Shown here: positions 8,553 through 18,720 of the stretch, piece after piece
How positions within the stretch are numbered: the first letter of the stretch is position 1
Layout: the number at the start of each line of letters is the position of its first letter
Assembly: GCA_028867435.1 (NCBI GenBank)
Contig: JAGWGI010000005.1
Span: forward strand, 1 to 60,272
Reading direction: 5' to 3'
Length of the DNA: 60,272 nt
Source of the DNA: Candidatus Micrarchaeota archaeon
GTDB taxonomy: Archaea; Micrarchaeota; Micrarchaeia; Micrarchaeales; CABMGC01
Made by a program: the position numbers and the translations under genes
The notes under the pieces: model-generated
What the model saw: the letters and a program-made list of their open reading frames with translations, nothing else
Told to the model about the DNA's origin: nothing
Databases searched by the model: none

Positions 8553-10397
8553 ATGCCTGACGAAAAGCGGGATTTATTCCGCTATACTAATTACTTTACC
8601 AAGACCGCGCCACAACCAAACGTCCAGGTGTTAGCGTTGCTAGCCCTAGGCGCCATCACCGGCGCGCTATCTGCGATCATAATAAACCATGCAGATTTTC
8701 TCACCAACATCACCGCGCTGATCGTGTATGGAGCGAGCTCAGGCCTACTTGTGATCAGCCTTCCAGCCCTGCTCACCGCAGCCATGATAAAGGGGGCAAA
8801 AAGGCGCATTCAGCTCAAGCACCTGCTTTTCGCAACAATCTTCATCTCACTGTTCTACTCGCTCTTCATAATCATGGGTAGCGCGCTCTTTGCCATCTTC
8901 TCGAGCAACTCGATCGCCTACATAATAATCCTGCTAGGGAACGCCGGTATATACGGCTACTGGCTGGTGATCGGCAAGTTCCTCATACAGCAGCGAAGGG
9001 GAGGCAACATAATCGCCGCACTGCAGCCAACGCTCAATATACTCTTCTACATACCGCTGGGAAAGTACATACTGAACCTTGGACTCCCCATCTCTATCGC
9101 CCTAATAAAGCTTTATGCCGGCATGCTGATCTTTTTGGTCGTGGGATACATCTTTTTGTACATGGTCGACAAGCCGCTCAAGGAGGCGGCGAACGTGAGC
9201 GGGATAAGCGTCTTCACAATGATGGTCAACCAGTGGCTATATGACTTCGTGCCGGACGATGGGCAGAACCTTTCATTCGGGGTAAAGAGGGACATAACCA
9301 CAGACATGCTGCTCCTAAAGGATCGCAAGGGGAAGTACAAGGCGATTTTCGTCAAGCCTGACATCCACTACGGGCCTTTCGGAGGCGTCGGGGGCGGGAT
9401 AGCAACAGAATACCTTGGCGACTACCTTCACAATAAGTATGGGGCTACCGCTTTCGTGCTCCACGGCCCGGTGAACATAGCAAACAACCCTGTGAGCAGC
9501 TCCCAGATATACAAGCTCTCAAAGAGCGTAGCCTCTTATGTTGACTCACTTAAGCCATCGGACTTCAGCTCAGCCAGAGGCAGCCTGCACCTTGGCTCAA
9601 GCGGCCCGTGCAGGGCAATCAGCTTGATGGTGAATGATCTGAGGATGCTCATACTCTCAAAGGCCCCAATGGTGACCGAGGACATAGACTACGAGATAGG
9701 CCAGAGCTTCAAGCACCTTGCACTCAAGCACTCTAGGAACGCGATAGTCATAGATGCGCACAATTCAAGGAGCGAGAGCGCAAGCGAAGAGGAGCTGCGA
9801 GGAGTATACTACGGGAGCAAGTACGCGCAGATGTATGCAAGCGCGATAAAAGAGACGATGAAGGGTAACGGCGAGGGCAGGCTCAGGTTCGGATCAGCGC
9901 AGCAGAAGATCGGAGCGCTGCTAAACAACCCCAAGGACATAGGCAAGGGGTATTCGAGCTTCTGCATCTTCGTTGCCGGCAAAAAGAAGTTCGGCATCAT
10001 CTACTTCGATTCAAACAACATGCTGCCAAGGCTGCGGGAGGAAATAATCTCCCATGTGGCTAAAAAGTTCAGGATTCAGGTGGAAGTTTGCACAACAGAC
10101 ACCCATGGAGTCAACTCGCTTGCGCTTCCAAGCAGCAACGTGCTTGGCAGGGAAACCCAGATAGGCAAGCTCCTGCCAATCGTGGATGCGATGATAAGCG
10201 TCGCGCTAAACGGCATAGAGGATGTACAGGTGCACTCGGGCAACTTTGTCACCAAGGGATTTAGGGTCTGGGGCGAGAACGCGGAGAGGGACATAACAAT
10301 GGCGAGCAAGGAGGTCATCCGCACAGTCAAGCATGTTGCCCCATTTGTGATAGTGCTTGGCTTTATCATTGCCGCATGGATAATCTACGCAGCCTAA
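8553..10397 (+). CDS. DUF2070-family membrane protein
   Basis: N-terminal TMs, PDIHYGPFGGVGG, IDAHN, DSNNM, TTDTH motifs; follows uppS. Confidence 0.8.
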   Translation: MPDEKRDLFRYTNYFTKTAPQPNVQVLALLALGAITGALSAIIINHADFLTNITALIVYGASSGLLVISLPALLTAAMIKGAKRRIQLKHLLFATIFISLFYSLFIIMGSALFAIFSSNSIAYIIILLGNAGIYGYWLVIGKFLIQQRRGGNIIAALQPTLNILFYIPLGKYILNLGLPISIALIKLYAGMLIFLVVGYIFLYMVDKPLKEAANVSGISVFTMMVNQWLYDFVPDDGQNLSFGVKRDITTDMLLLKDRKGKYKAIFVKPDIHYGPFGGVGGGIATEYLGDYLHNKYGATAFVLHGPVNIANNPVSSSQIYKLSKSVASYVDSLKPSDFSSARGSLHLGSSGPCRAISLMVNDLRMLILSKAPMVTEDIDYEIGQSFKHLALKHSRNAIVIDAHNSRSESASEEELRGVYYGSKYAQMYASAIKETMKGNGEGRLRFGSAQQKIGALLNNPKDIGKGYSSFCIFVAGKKKFGIIYFDSNNMLPRLREEIISHVAKKFRIQVEVCTTDTHGVNSLALPSSNVLGRETQIGKLLPIVDAMISVALNGIEDVQVHSGNFVTKGFRVWGENAERDITMASKEVIRTVKHVAPFVIVLGFIIAAWIIYAA

Positions 10398-11948
10398 TCA
10401 GACATTCTGCCTTATGCTCTTTAGCTCCTTCTTTAGCATCGCCCTGTTGATTGCCTCGAGCATCGCCTGCACGCTTGTTATCACAATGTCATAGCCCTTG
10501 GACTTTGCAACAGCAGAGCTTCCGCCTCCGTCTTCCACTTCCACTGTGACCTCGCACATTGCCTCAGAGCCTCCGGAAACTGCCCCTATCCTGTAGTCCT
10601 TAATCTTAAAGGTGTTATCCCAGGCGCCAGTCACATTCTTTATCGCCTTGAGGGCTGCATCCACTGGCCCTACACCGTCAGAGGTTCCAACGTAATCCTT
10701 GCCCCCGATATTTAGCTTCACGAAAGCGTACGGATTGTTGCCTATACCTGTGGTGACAGAGAATCCGGTGAGGTGTACCATGCGCTCAAACTGCCTAAGC
10801 GACATAACCTTCCCTGCTATCTCAAGAAGCTCCACTTCTGTGACTCGGCCCCCGGCATCCCCTATCGTCTTCACCTGATCTAGTATTAGTTTGGCCTGTT
10901 CCCTGTCTGGGGCTATTCCGTATTCTCCGAGCATCGCACTTACCCCATGCGCGCCAGCATGCTTGCCTGCATAGTACGTCCTGCTCCTACCCACATCCTC
11001 AGGCTTTATCGGCTCGTATGTAAGCGGATTGCTCAGAACCCCGTGAGTGTGTATCCCAGACTCGTGGGCAAAGGCGTTGTCCCCAACTATCGCCTTGTTG
11101 GGCTGGGGCCGTATCCCCACAAGGTTCGATACAAAAATAGAGGTCTCATAAATGCGGTTTAGCGCTATGCTGGTCTCATACTTTTCATTGAAGTTGAGAT
11201 ACGCAAGCGAGGCCGCAAGTTCCTCGAGCGATGTGTTTCCCGCACGCTCGCCTATTCCATTGATTGTTACATGAACCGACTGTGCGCCGGCTTCAAGCGC
11301 AGCGACAGAGTTGGCAACAGCCCATCCGAAGTCGTTGTGGCAGTGTATGCTTACGGGAAGACTGGTAATCCCAACTACATCCTTTGTTATGCTACTTATC
11401 TCTTGCGGCGAGGCTGTGCCCACGGTGTCTGGTATGTTCACCCTATCTGCGCCCACCTCTGCCACAGCCTTGTAAACCTGCCTAAGGAACTCCCTGTCGC
11501 TTCTTGTTGCATCCTCTGCCGAGAACTCAACATCAAGTCCAAGCGATTTGGCATAGCTTACCGCCTCCACCGCCTTTTCCAGAACCTGTTCACGCGTCAT
11601 CTTAAGCTTGAACTTTAGGTGAAGGTCAGAAGTCGCAATGAAAGTGTGAACGCTTCCTACCCCGACCTTTACGCACGCGTCTATGTCAGATTTTTCCGCC
11701 CTTGCAAGGCCGTAGATTTGCGCTGCAAGCCCTGCCTTGGCAATTAGCCCTACACCCTTCTTTTCCCCCTCTGATATTGCGGGAAAGCCTGCCTCTATTG
11801 CATTGACCCCCAGCCTGTTTAGCATCTGCGCTATCTGCAGCTTCTGCTCTGGGCGAAGCGCCACTCCAGGCGTCTGCTCACCGTCTCGCAGTGTGGTGTC
11901 AAAGATCCTGATTTTTCTAGCTTTCACGCTAATCCCTCCAAAATTCAC
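10398..11948 (-). CDS. leuA: 2-isopropylmalate synthase / citramalate synthase family
   Basis: FDTTLRDGEQTPG, FSAEDATR, PDTVG, HCHNDFG, GIGERAGN, HESGIH, GVGPVDAA regulatory domain. Confidence 0.88.
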   Translation of the reverse strand: MNFGGISVKARKIRIFDTTLRDGEQTPGVALRPEQKLQIAQMLNRLGVNAIEAGFPAISEGEKKGVGLIAKAGLAAQIYGLARAEKSDIDACVKVGVGSVHTFIATSDLHLKFKLKMTREQVLEKAVEAVSYAKSLGLDVEFSAEDATRSDREFLRQVYKAVAEVGADRVNIPDTVGTASPQEISSITKDVVGITSLPVSIHCHNDFGWAVANSVAALEAGAQSVHVTINGIGERAGNTSLEELAASLAYLNFNEKYETSIALNRIYETSIFVSNLVGIRPQPNKAIVGDNAFAHESGIHTHGVLSNPLTYEPIKPEDVGRSRTYYAGKHAGAHGVSAMLGEYGIAPDREQAKLILDQVKTIGDAGGRVTEVELLEIAGKVMSLRQFERMVHLTGFSVTTGIGNNPYAFVKLNIGGKDYVGTSDGVGPVDAALKAIKNVTGAWDNTFKIKDYRIGAVSGGSEAMCEVTVEVEDGGGSSAVAKSKGYDIVITSVQAMLEAINRAMLKKELKSIRQNV

Positions 11949-12000
11949 TCCCGATTAAACTTCTTATAGCTTCTCTACCAATTCACAGCTGGGTTGCCTA

Positions 12001-12927
12001 ATGGTTCCACTAATCCCAATACTCTACCTTATCTCCTTTAGCCTTCTGGTTTACAGGATAGCCAATATAACCTCGAAGAAGGAGGCTGCGATCCTTGCCG
12101 CATTCATAGTATTCGGTGCAGCTCTCGCCCTCTACCAGAGCACAAACGCGCTGCTCTTTGTCTCTATAGTCATCCTTTTCGATCTGATAACCGCAAAATA
12201 CGGCTCAAGGGAGGGCCTGTTCTTTGTTGTGCTCGGCTTTGCCTACTTCATAGTTTCGCTCTATAGCGGCATTGCAGTCTACCTAATAGCACAGGCGATG
12301 CTCCTAGGTCTTGCGCCTGATGCGATACTAAAGGGGCTCAAGGCGCATAAGGTATCTAGCAAGAAGACCGAGACAAGCAGGGACATAGTGCAGATAGCGT
12401 TCGGCATCCTAGTAATTGCTATGTTCCATTTCCTGCGCCCTGAGCTCTCCGAGTCAGTAATGATAACCCTGATACTTCTGGGCTACCTTGCAGTTAACTA
12501 TGGGATAGTTAGAAAGGAGACGAATCTGGCCAAGAGGCTCTACGCCCTCGAGCGCGAATATACCAGCCTTGGGGAGGGCGCTACATGGCTTGCTCTTGGA
12601 AGCCTTGCGGCAATAGGGTTTGTCTTCCACGTAAAGTACATGATGATAATCTTCTCCGCGATCTTCATTGCTGATGCCCTCGCCACTATAATAGGAATAA
12701 GGGCGAAGGGGATGAAGCTACCCTACAACAAAAAGAAGAGCGCCGCAGGGACAATAGCCTACTTTGCGGTAGTAGCGATAATCCCATATCTCCTCTACGG
12801 GGTCATCGCCCTTCCTGTTGCGATAATAGCCGCCTTCGTTGAGAGTCTCCCCTTAAAGCTTGACGACAACCTGAGCGTGCCAGTGGTGCTCGTGGTGCTG
12901 CACTTCCTGCTCAGGTTCCTCCAATAG
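12001..12927 (+). CDS. dolichol/phytol kinase-like membrane protein
   Basis: RDIVQI, ADALATIIG, LPYNKKKSAAGT, ESLPLKLDDNLSVP. Confidence 0.8.
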   Translation: MVPLIPILYLISFSLLVYRIANITSKKEAAILAAFIVFGAALALYQSTNALLFVSIVILFDLITAKYGSREGLFFVVLGFAYFIVSLYSGIAVYLIAQAMLLGLAPDAILKGLKAHKVSSKKTETSRDIVQIAFGILVIAMFHFLRPELSESVMITLILLGYLAVNYGIVRKETNLAKRLYALEREYTSLGEGATWLALGSLAAIGFVFHVKYMMIIFSAIFIADALATIIGIRAKGMKLPYNKKKSAAGTIAYFAVVAIIPYLLYGVIALPVAIIAAFVESLPLKLDDNLSVPVVLVVLHFLLRFLQ

Positions 12928-12945
12928 CGCGCTGCTCCTAAAAAG

Positions 12946-14166
12946 TTAATTTGTGTACCTTGTTGGCTGCAACATTGACAGTACATACGAATCGTCTTCG
13001 TTGCTAGCGAACAACACCGTTCTAAAACCGGCCTTAGATAGCAACTTTGTGAATGCCCATTCCGTGAACTTCTTTGACCGCGCAAGCAGTATGCGCTCTC
13101 CTTTTTCAAGGGATACCCTTCCAGATCCTATTTTGATTTCCATGTTCTTTTTGAGAACCATGCACATCTCAACTTGATATAATCTTTCGTTCCAAGAAAC
13201 ATCATAAACCGTGTCTGCTCTCCCGATCCCTATCCTAGCGGCCGTTAGGTAAACCAAGTCTGAAACATCTTTATTATTGTAGTGTGCGACTATCCTGGCT
13301 GTTCTTGCGACATTGGTTAATTCATTCGCCACTATCAAAAAGTCTTTTGACGACATCGATTCTTTGAAGTTTGTAAGTACACGATTCCTATCCGACTGGT
13401 TTCCCAGAGTATTTCCGAGGAAAAGAAGCAAATTTATCTCCCCCTCACCAGTTAAATCGTAAATCCGATCAGAAAAGTTGCCGTGCTCAAAGTCAAATTC
13501 TATCTTGTTGACTTTCAATCCCCCAATTTTTGACCTAACCCTCTCCCCAGCCAAATCGAGCATCGCCCTACTAACGTCAAGGGGGACATAAGCAAAGCCG
13601 AATCCTTTTCGTTTCAGCTCCTCCATTATCATTATTGCCGGTGCACCATTTCCACAGCCTATATCAACCACATTTATCCTACTGTCCTTAGGGAGGACAT
13701 TTATGAATTGGGTTATCCTAGAAATTATGAGCTTACGTTGTATTATGCTTATGTCCCCTTTTGACCCCACTCTATCCCAATTTGTTGCTCCCTCGGCAAG
13801 GTAAGCAAATTTAAGTGGTATCTCCCCCATGGTCCCCAAGGAAGTAAGCAGTTCAGCCTCCTGCCTTCTATTCAAAAAGCCAGAAGCTACACTGTTGCCA
13901 GATATATAATGTAAAGGTTTTATCTCAGGCTGAGCAATTAGCGGTAAAGATTCAGATATGTCTGCAAGTGCGATGCGTTTCTGGCCAAATACGAGATACA
14001 TCTTGATGTATCCCCTCTTGAGTAGCCACTTAATATGCGGAGTAAGTAATTGTCGAGATACATTCAACTCTTTGGCTATCCTGCTCTGGTAGGCATCGGC
14101 GGCACCAAGTTTCTTTATCATCTCCAATATCCTGAGCTTTATGCCGTCCAGTTTTGCAACTCGCAT
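12946..14166 (-). CDS. wHTH fused to an EgtD-like (Methyltransf_33) SAM-binding domain
   Basis: YQSRIAKELNVSRQLLTPHIKWLLKRGYI HTH; IPLKFAY, VDIGCGNG, YVPLDVS, LFLGNTLGN, QVEM, GERILLARSKKF. Confidence 0.8.
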   Translation of the reverse strand: MRVAKLDGIKLRILEMIKKLGAADAYQSRIAKELNVSRQLLTPHIKWLLKRGYIKMYLVFGQKRIALADISESLPLIAQPEIKPLHYISGNSVASGFLNRRQEAELLTSLGTMGEIPLKFAYLAEGATNWDRVGSKGDISIIQRKLIISRITQFINVLPKDSRINVVDIGCGNGAPAIMIMEELKRKGFGFAYVPLDVSRAMLDLAGERVRSKIGGLKVNKIEFDFEHGNFSDRIYDLTGEGEINLLLFLGNTLGNQSDRNRVLTNFKESMSSKDFLIVANELTNVARTARIVAHYNNKDVSDLVYLTAARIGIGRADTVYDVSWNERLYQVEMCMVLKKNMEIKIGSGRVSLEKGERILLARSKKFTEWAFTKLLSKAGFRTVLFASNEDDSYVLSMLQPTRYTN

Positions 14167-14182
14167 ATGTAAATGATATAAT

Positions 14183-14208
14183 GTAAAGATTATAAGTTTA
14201 ACCTTTAC
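14183..14208. promoter_or_regulatory. inverted repeat GTAAAG-N14-CTTTAC bracketing the TATA box of the HTH-methyltransferase gene
   Basis: TTATAA inside the repeat, ~25 nt upstream of ATG 14166; candidate autoregulatory site. Confidence 0.4.
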
Positions 14209-14354
14209 GCCATTTAAATGAAAACCTAATACACAACATTGATTTATTTCTATAAAAAGAAGTATATTTAAGTCTTTTGCTCTAAAAATAGAAAAGCTTA
14301 AATATGATTAATTTCATACCTTATATCAAAGTAAAATTCTGATGTGGGCAAACG

Positions 14355-14957
14355 ATGGCCATACAAAATAATTCATTTAGGAAAAGGTTTCGTGAAACCC
14401 AACGCGAATTACTAGACGATAGGAAAATCGCACTATTTCACTTTGTGCGCACAAGCGGGCTTAGTGCAAGCGATTTGTACACTCTTGCTAACCAAGCACA
14501 CTGCGACTTAAAGCGTGGGGTGGAGGCCCTAATAGTGAGCCTAGCGGATACGACCAATTCCAAAAGCAAGAAAGACAAAATTTTCATAAAAGAAAGGATA
14601 TCCTTGCAGATGAAGGAATTTGCAGATCTGGTGCCGGGCAGCTACGACAAACAGAATAGTAATAAAGAGTTGCCTGATAGCTGGATGGGGCTTGGCTCTT
14701 CTAGCTGGAGCACTCCCAGTCAAGTTTTCCATTGGGGTTATGACGATTATGGTTACGTTACATGCGCTGGTATTTTGCTAAATCGCAACTACGAGCTTGC
14801 CCATTTTCTAGTAAAATCAGCATCTGCATGGATTGAGATTAAAAACAAGCCTTCAGAAGTCGAGGATTTCCTAAAAGAACAGGGGAAAGATTACACGAAG
14901 CTAAAGCAAAGGGTCTTGGCAGGCAAGGGATGGCTTAGCAAAAATTTGCGTGAATAA
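14355..14957 (+). CDS. hypothetical protein
   Basis: 200 aa ORF, first gene of the divergent plus-strand run; no recognised motif. Confidence 0.65.
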   Translation: MAIQNNSFRKRFRETQRELLDDRKIALFHFVRTSGLSASDLYTLANQAHCDLKRGVEALIVSLADTTNSKSKKDKIFIKERISLQMKEFADLVPGSYDKQNSNKELPDSWMGLGSSSWSTPSQVFHWGYDDYGYVTCAGILLNRNYELAHFLVKSASAWIEIKNKPSEVEDFLKEQGKDYTKLKQRVLAGKGWLSKNLRE

Positions 14958-14983
14958 TCCTGAATTATAGAATGGTGAACTAA

Positions 14984-15751
14984 ATGGGACAAAGAATAAA
15001 GAACTTTATCGAATGTATGAAGAAAACGCCATCCGAACAGCAAAAAAACGGAGGCCAGATTAAAGGGGTCATATTTGACGTTGGCAATACCCTACTCAAA
15101 GTATCAAACTACGATGTAGATAGCTGGATAATCGGGCTAGCGAAAAAAAGGCATGCTAGAATCTTGGGATCCCGCTACGCCGATGTTGGCTACACTGATG
15201 ATGGACTAAAAAACGATTTCGAGGTTGAGCTCAAAAGGATAAACAACTTAATGATCCCTTCTCTGGAGAGGGGTAAGCTGTCAGTGCCTCAATTCGAATT
15301 AGAAATCGCAAGAATTCTTTCTGGGGGTGCGGCCGATCAGAATGTGGACTGGGCTGCATTCTTTAGTGGCACTTTAGAAAGGAACGAAGAGGTTATCAAC
15401 ATTGCTGCAAACCTCCACAAAAAAGGAATAAAGACTGCATATCTATCTAATCTCGATGCTGTGCAAAATGAGATCGTCTATGAAATGGTAGGTGGTTCTG
15501 CCAACTTCAACTTCCAAATACCATCTTACAAGCTGGGCTTCAGAAAGCAAGAGCCAGAAGCATATATCGAGAGCGCAGATTTGATGGGTTTCGCAGCCTA
15601 CACTGAAGCCATAAAAGGAGTATTGTTAATAGACGATTCACCAAAATACATAGAACTAGCTAAGAGCGTAGGCATGCAGACAATCACCTTCAATGGCAAC
15701 GTCGAAGAACTTCGCAAAAACCTAGACCTCAAGCTTGCCGTGCACGTGTAA
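14984..15751 (+). CDS. HAD-superfamily phosphatase
   Basis: VIFDVGNTL, YLSN, GFRKQEPEAY, LIDDSPKYIELAKSVGM. Confidence 0.88.
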   Translation: MGQRIKNFIECMKKTPSEQQKNGGQIKGVIFDVGNTLLKVSNYDVDSWIIGLAKKRHARILGSRYADVGYTDDGLKNDFEVELKRINNLMIPSLERGKLSVPQFELEIARILSGGAADQNVDWAAFFSGTLERNEEVINIAANLHKKGIKTAYLSNLDAVQNEIVYEMVGGSANFNFQIPSYKLGFRKQEPEAYIESADLMGFAAYTEAIKGVLLIDDSPKYIELAKSVGMQTITFNGNVEELRKNLDLKLAVHV

Positions 15752-15770
15752 TATTGATGCGGGTTGTACC

Positions 15771-17156
15771 ATGGAATGGTATAGAATTGGGGCTAGGCAG
15801 TATGGCGTACAATTCAGCGAGCACTGTATCAGCTGCTGCACGCCAAAGTACAAATCAATCATTCTATCGCCTTTCTACAGGCAGATATTCCTGCCCTCTG
15901 ACAAGAACGAGGTATTATATATAGAGAAAAACGACTGGGATAGTTTTTCTAGCTCTCTAAAGCAAAAATATCTGGATAATCCCCAAAATTATCCCGACTT
16001 GGAAGGGCAGTTCATGGTGTACACCCGGGTGTATCTGGCAAGCGCAAAGAGAATACACGATACGGATTTGTCCGGTATAAACGGTACCGAGATCAAAAAA
16101 CTGTTCATGGAAAATTACGAGCACGAAACAAGATACATTGCTTTTGACTGGGTTTTCTGGGAGCTAAATAATATATTTGCAAACAACACAAAAGAGATAA
16201 TTCACAACAGGTTCGGAAGCGACTCACAAAAGTTATATGCCTTTTATGATGCACTGCTGAACCCCACAAACAAAACATCCATACACCAAATGAGAGAATT
16301 GGCGCCTAAATGGCATAAGTTTACCGAAGAAAAGAAACTAGCAGCCTATCATGATTTTCTATGGGTTCCCTGCATAGACATACACATGAAGGAATGGTCA
16401 AGGGAAGATTTTTCTAGGCATATATCGAACCTCAAAAACGAAGGGAAAATTAAGATGCCATATGAAGACGCAATTGAGGCGTTGAAGCTAAACGGCGAAG
16501 AAAGAATACTAGTAGACATAGCCAAGAAGCTCACGTATATCAAAGACTTCAAAGACGACTCCAAAAGGATGTGCATTTACCTAGAAAAAAACATATACCA
16601 CGAGATATCAAAGCGGATGGGAATAACTCTTGAGGAATCCTCCTACCTGAGACGGGCTGAGATAATAAAGTTCCTTGATACTGGTAAGAAAGTTCCTATG
16701 AAACTCATCAGGCAGAGAATGGAGGGCTTTGTCAGCTATTACAATGAAAAAAGGAAGTTGGTATGTGGTGTCGGAGATGAAATCAAGGATGTGACAAGAA
16801 AGTTCGGCATTCAACCCTATGAAAGGGCATCTGCCCGAATACGCGGCATAATTGCTTCGCAAGGCTTTGCAAAAGGTACCGCAGTAATAATCAAGACTAT
16901 CGATGATCTACAGAAGGTAAAAGAAGGAGATGTGCTCATAACCTTCATGACGCATCCTGACTACGTTCCTGCGATGCAAAAGGCTAGTGCAATCGTCACT
17001 GATGAGGGAGGCATAACCTGCCATGCGGCAATAGTCTCAAGGGAATTTGGCCTTCCCTGCATTGTAGGTGCGGAAAGCGCCACCCAAACCTTCAAGGATG
17101 GGGACGTTATTGAGGTGAACGCAAATGAGGGGTACGTCACGAAAATCGACAGTTAA
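15771..17156 (+). CDS. PEP-utilising enzyme mobile (phospho-His swivel) domain protein without ATP-grasp domain
   Basis: C-terminal GIIASQG...MTHPDYVPAMQKASAIVTDEGGITCHAAIVSREFGLPCIVG; ~350 aa largely helical N-terminus. Confidence 0.85.
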   Translation: MEWYRIGARQYGVQFSEHCISCCTPKYKSIILSPFYRQIFLPSDKNEVLYIEKNDWDSFSSSLKQKYLDNPQNYPDLEGQFMVYTRVYLASAKRIHDTDLSGINGTEIKKLFMENYEHETRYIAFDWVFWELNNIFANNTKEIIHNRFGSDSQKLYAFYDALLNPTNKTSIHQMRELAPKWHKFTEEKKLAAYHDFLWVPCIDIHMKEWSREDFSRHISNLKNEGKIKMPYEDAIEALKLNGEERILVDIAKKLTYIKDFKDDSKRMCIYLEKNIYHEISKRMGITLEESSYLRRAEIIKFLDTGKKVPMKLIRQRMEGFVSYYNEKRKLVCGVGDEIKDVTRKFGIQPYERASARIRGIIASQGFAKGTAVIIKTIDDLQKVKEGDVLITFMTHPDYVPAMQKASAIVTDEGGITCHAAIVSREFGLPCIVGAESATQTFKDGDVIEVNANEGYVTKIDS

Positions 17157-17164
17157 TAAATTTA

Positions 17165-18196
17165 GTGTTCCAATCTAATTGCAATCAAAAGAGGGAAAGC
17201 GTGGTCGCTAAGACAAGGGGGCAGAGGATCTATTCCCTAGAAGAGCAAAAGGACATGCTCTATAACCTGCAGAAATACAACTACATGCCCCTAAAATACA
17301 GCTATTTTGACTACGGGGCGCAGAGATGGATCAGATTCGCGCAGCGATGGCTCAGGATACTAAAGCAGGATCCCGGTGCGAGGGGCATACATGTGTTCGA
17401 GAGGGTCCTACTCACCGAGATGATTAAGAGCATCTTCAATTCACTGCCATCCCATCTATATAAGAATTTCAACCTGATTGACCTCGGTTGCGGTGACGGG
17501 TCGCCGATGTACCCGATACTTCGCTACCTACAATTGACCATGCCAAAGGCAAAAATCAGGTACAACCCCATTGACCTCAGCCCTGATTTGTTAAGCGCTG
17601 CGTCAAAAAACATCTCCAGGGACTTCAAGGTGTTCGGCAAGCCGAGCAGATGGGATCTTGAAAGCGGTTCCTTCTCCCACATAACAAAGGGACTCAACGC
17701 TCCCAATTTCGGTAACCTGTACCTGTTCCTCGGGGCCACCTTTGGCAACATGTACAACCAAATCCAGATGCTATCGGACGTCAAGAGATCAATGCTGCCT
17801 TGTGACTACCTCTTATTGGCTGTGGAGTTGGTAGTGGAAAAGGAGATAGGAACGATGGTCAGGGAATATTATGACATCAGGGAAATCTATGACCTGACCT
17901 TCAGCGCCCTTGAATCTTTCGGCCTCAAGCGCTCGGCAGGAGAGTTCAAGATAATCTTCAACAGGAAGGCGAGCCAGATTGAGTGCTACTATGTACCAGA
18001 CAAGGAAATGAATCTGGTCACGCTAGAAGGCAAAACCGTGCTGCCCAAACGAGAGCCTGTGCTGCTTGCAATCAGCACCAAATACACAGTTCCGATGATA
18101 ACTGAGATAATAGAGAAGGCAGGATTTCGAATCTGCCTGCTCACCACCTCTATTGGAAATAATTATGCGATGGCAATGCTACAGCCAATGAAATGA
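17165..18196 (+). CDS. EgtD-like SAM-dependent methyltransferase
   Basis: MPLKYSY, IDLGCGDG, YNPIDLS, LFLGATFGN, QIEC, EPVLLAISTKY; start may be GTG 17201. Confidence 0.8.
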   Translation: MFQSNCNQKRESVVAKTRGQRIYSLEEQKDMLYNLQKYNYMPLKYSYFDYGAQRWIRFAQRWLRILKQDPGARGIHVFERVLLTEMIKSIFNSLPSHLYKNFNLIDLGCGDGSPMYPILRYLQLTMPKAKIRYNPIDLSPDLLSAASKNISRDFKVFGKPSRWDLESGSFSHITKGLNAPNFGNLYLFLGATFGNMYNQIQMLSDVKRSMLPCDYLLLAVELVVEKEIGTMVREYYDIREIYDLTFSALESFGLKRSAGEFKIIFNRKASQIECYYVPDKEMNLVTLEGKTVLPKREPVLLAISTKYTVPMITEIIEKAGFRICLLTTSIGNNYAMAMLQPMK

Positions 18197-18203
18197 AAAA
18201 GGC

Positions 18204-18716
18204 TTAGACCCTTCTTCCTCTCCTTCCCCCTGGCCTCTTTGTCGTGTCCGTCGGAATCGGAGTGACATCCTCTATGCTACCTATCCTAAATCCGCTTCTT
18301 GCAAGGGCCCTGACCACTGCCTGCGCGCCAGATCCGGGCGTCTTGGTCCTGTGCCCGCCCGGGGCCCTGATCTTTATGTTAATGTGAGTCACTCCCTTCT
18401 CGATCGCCTTTGTGGCCACCTTGTATGAAGCCTGCATCGCCGCATAAGGCATTCCCTCCTCGTGATCGTTGTCAACGACCATCCCTCCGCTTCCTACTGC
18501 GATTGTCTCCGCTCCCGATAGGTCTGTTAGCGTAATTATAGTGTCGTTCTTGGATGCGTAGATGTGTGCAACTCCCCACCTTATACCCTTGGGCTTGAAC
18601 TTCTGCGCTGCAGCCTGAACCTCGCTCTCAAGGGAAAGCTCGCTCTTCTTTGTAGTCTTTGCCTTCTGCTGCTCGTTGCTCTTCTGCGGCGTCTTATCCG
18701 TTTTTCCCTTTGGCAT
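18204..18716 (-). CDS. rps11: 30S ribosomal protein S11 (N-terminally extended)
   Basis: [47 protein letters not shown]. Confidence 0.97.
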   Translation of the reverse strand: MPKGKTDKTPQKSNEQQKAKTTKKSELSLESEVQAAAQKFKPKGIRWGVAHIYASKNDTIITLTDLSGAETIAVGSGGMVVDNDHEEGMPYAAMQASYKVATKAIEKGVTHINIKIRAPGGHRTKTPGSGAQAVVRALARSGFRIGSIEDVTPIPTDTTKRPGGRRGRRV

Positions 18717-18720
18717 AATA

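Noticed and set aside
15735-17156. PEP synthase or pyruvate phosphate dikinase
   Set aside because: Only the swivel domain is present; the ATP-grasp and PEP-binding barrel are absent
12946-18196. Ergothioneine biosynthesis cluster
   Set aside because: No EgtB/EgtC/EanB in the window, and the EgtD substrate motifs (EYY, TEIS) are not conserved
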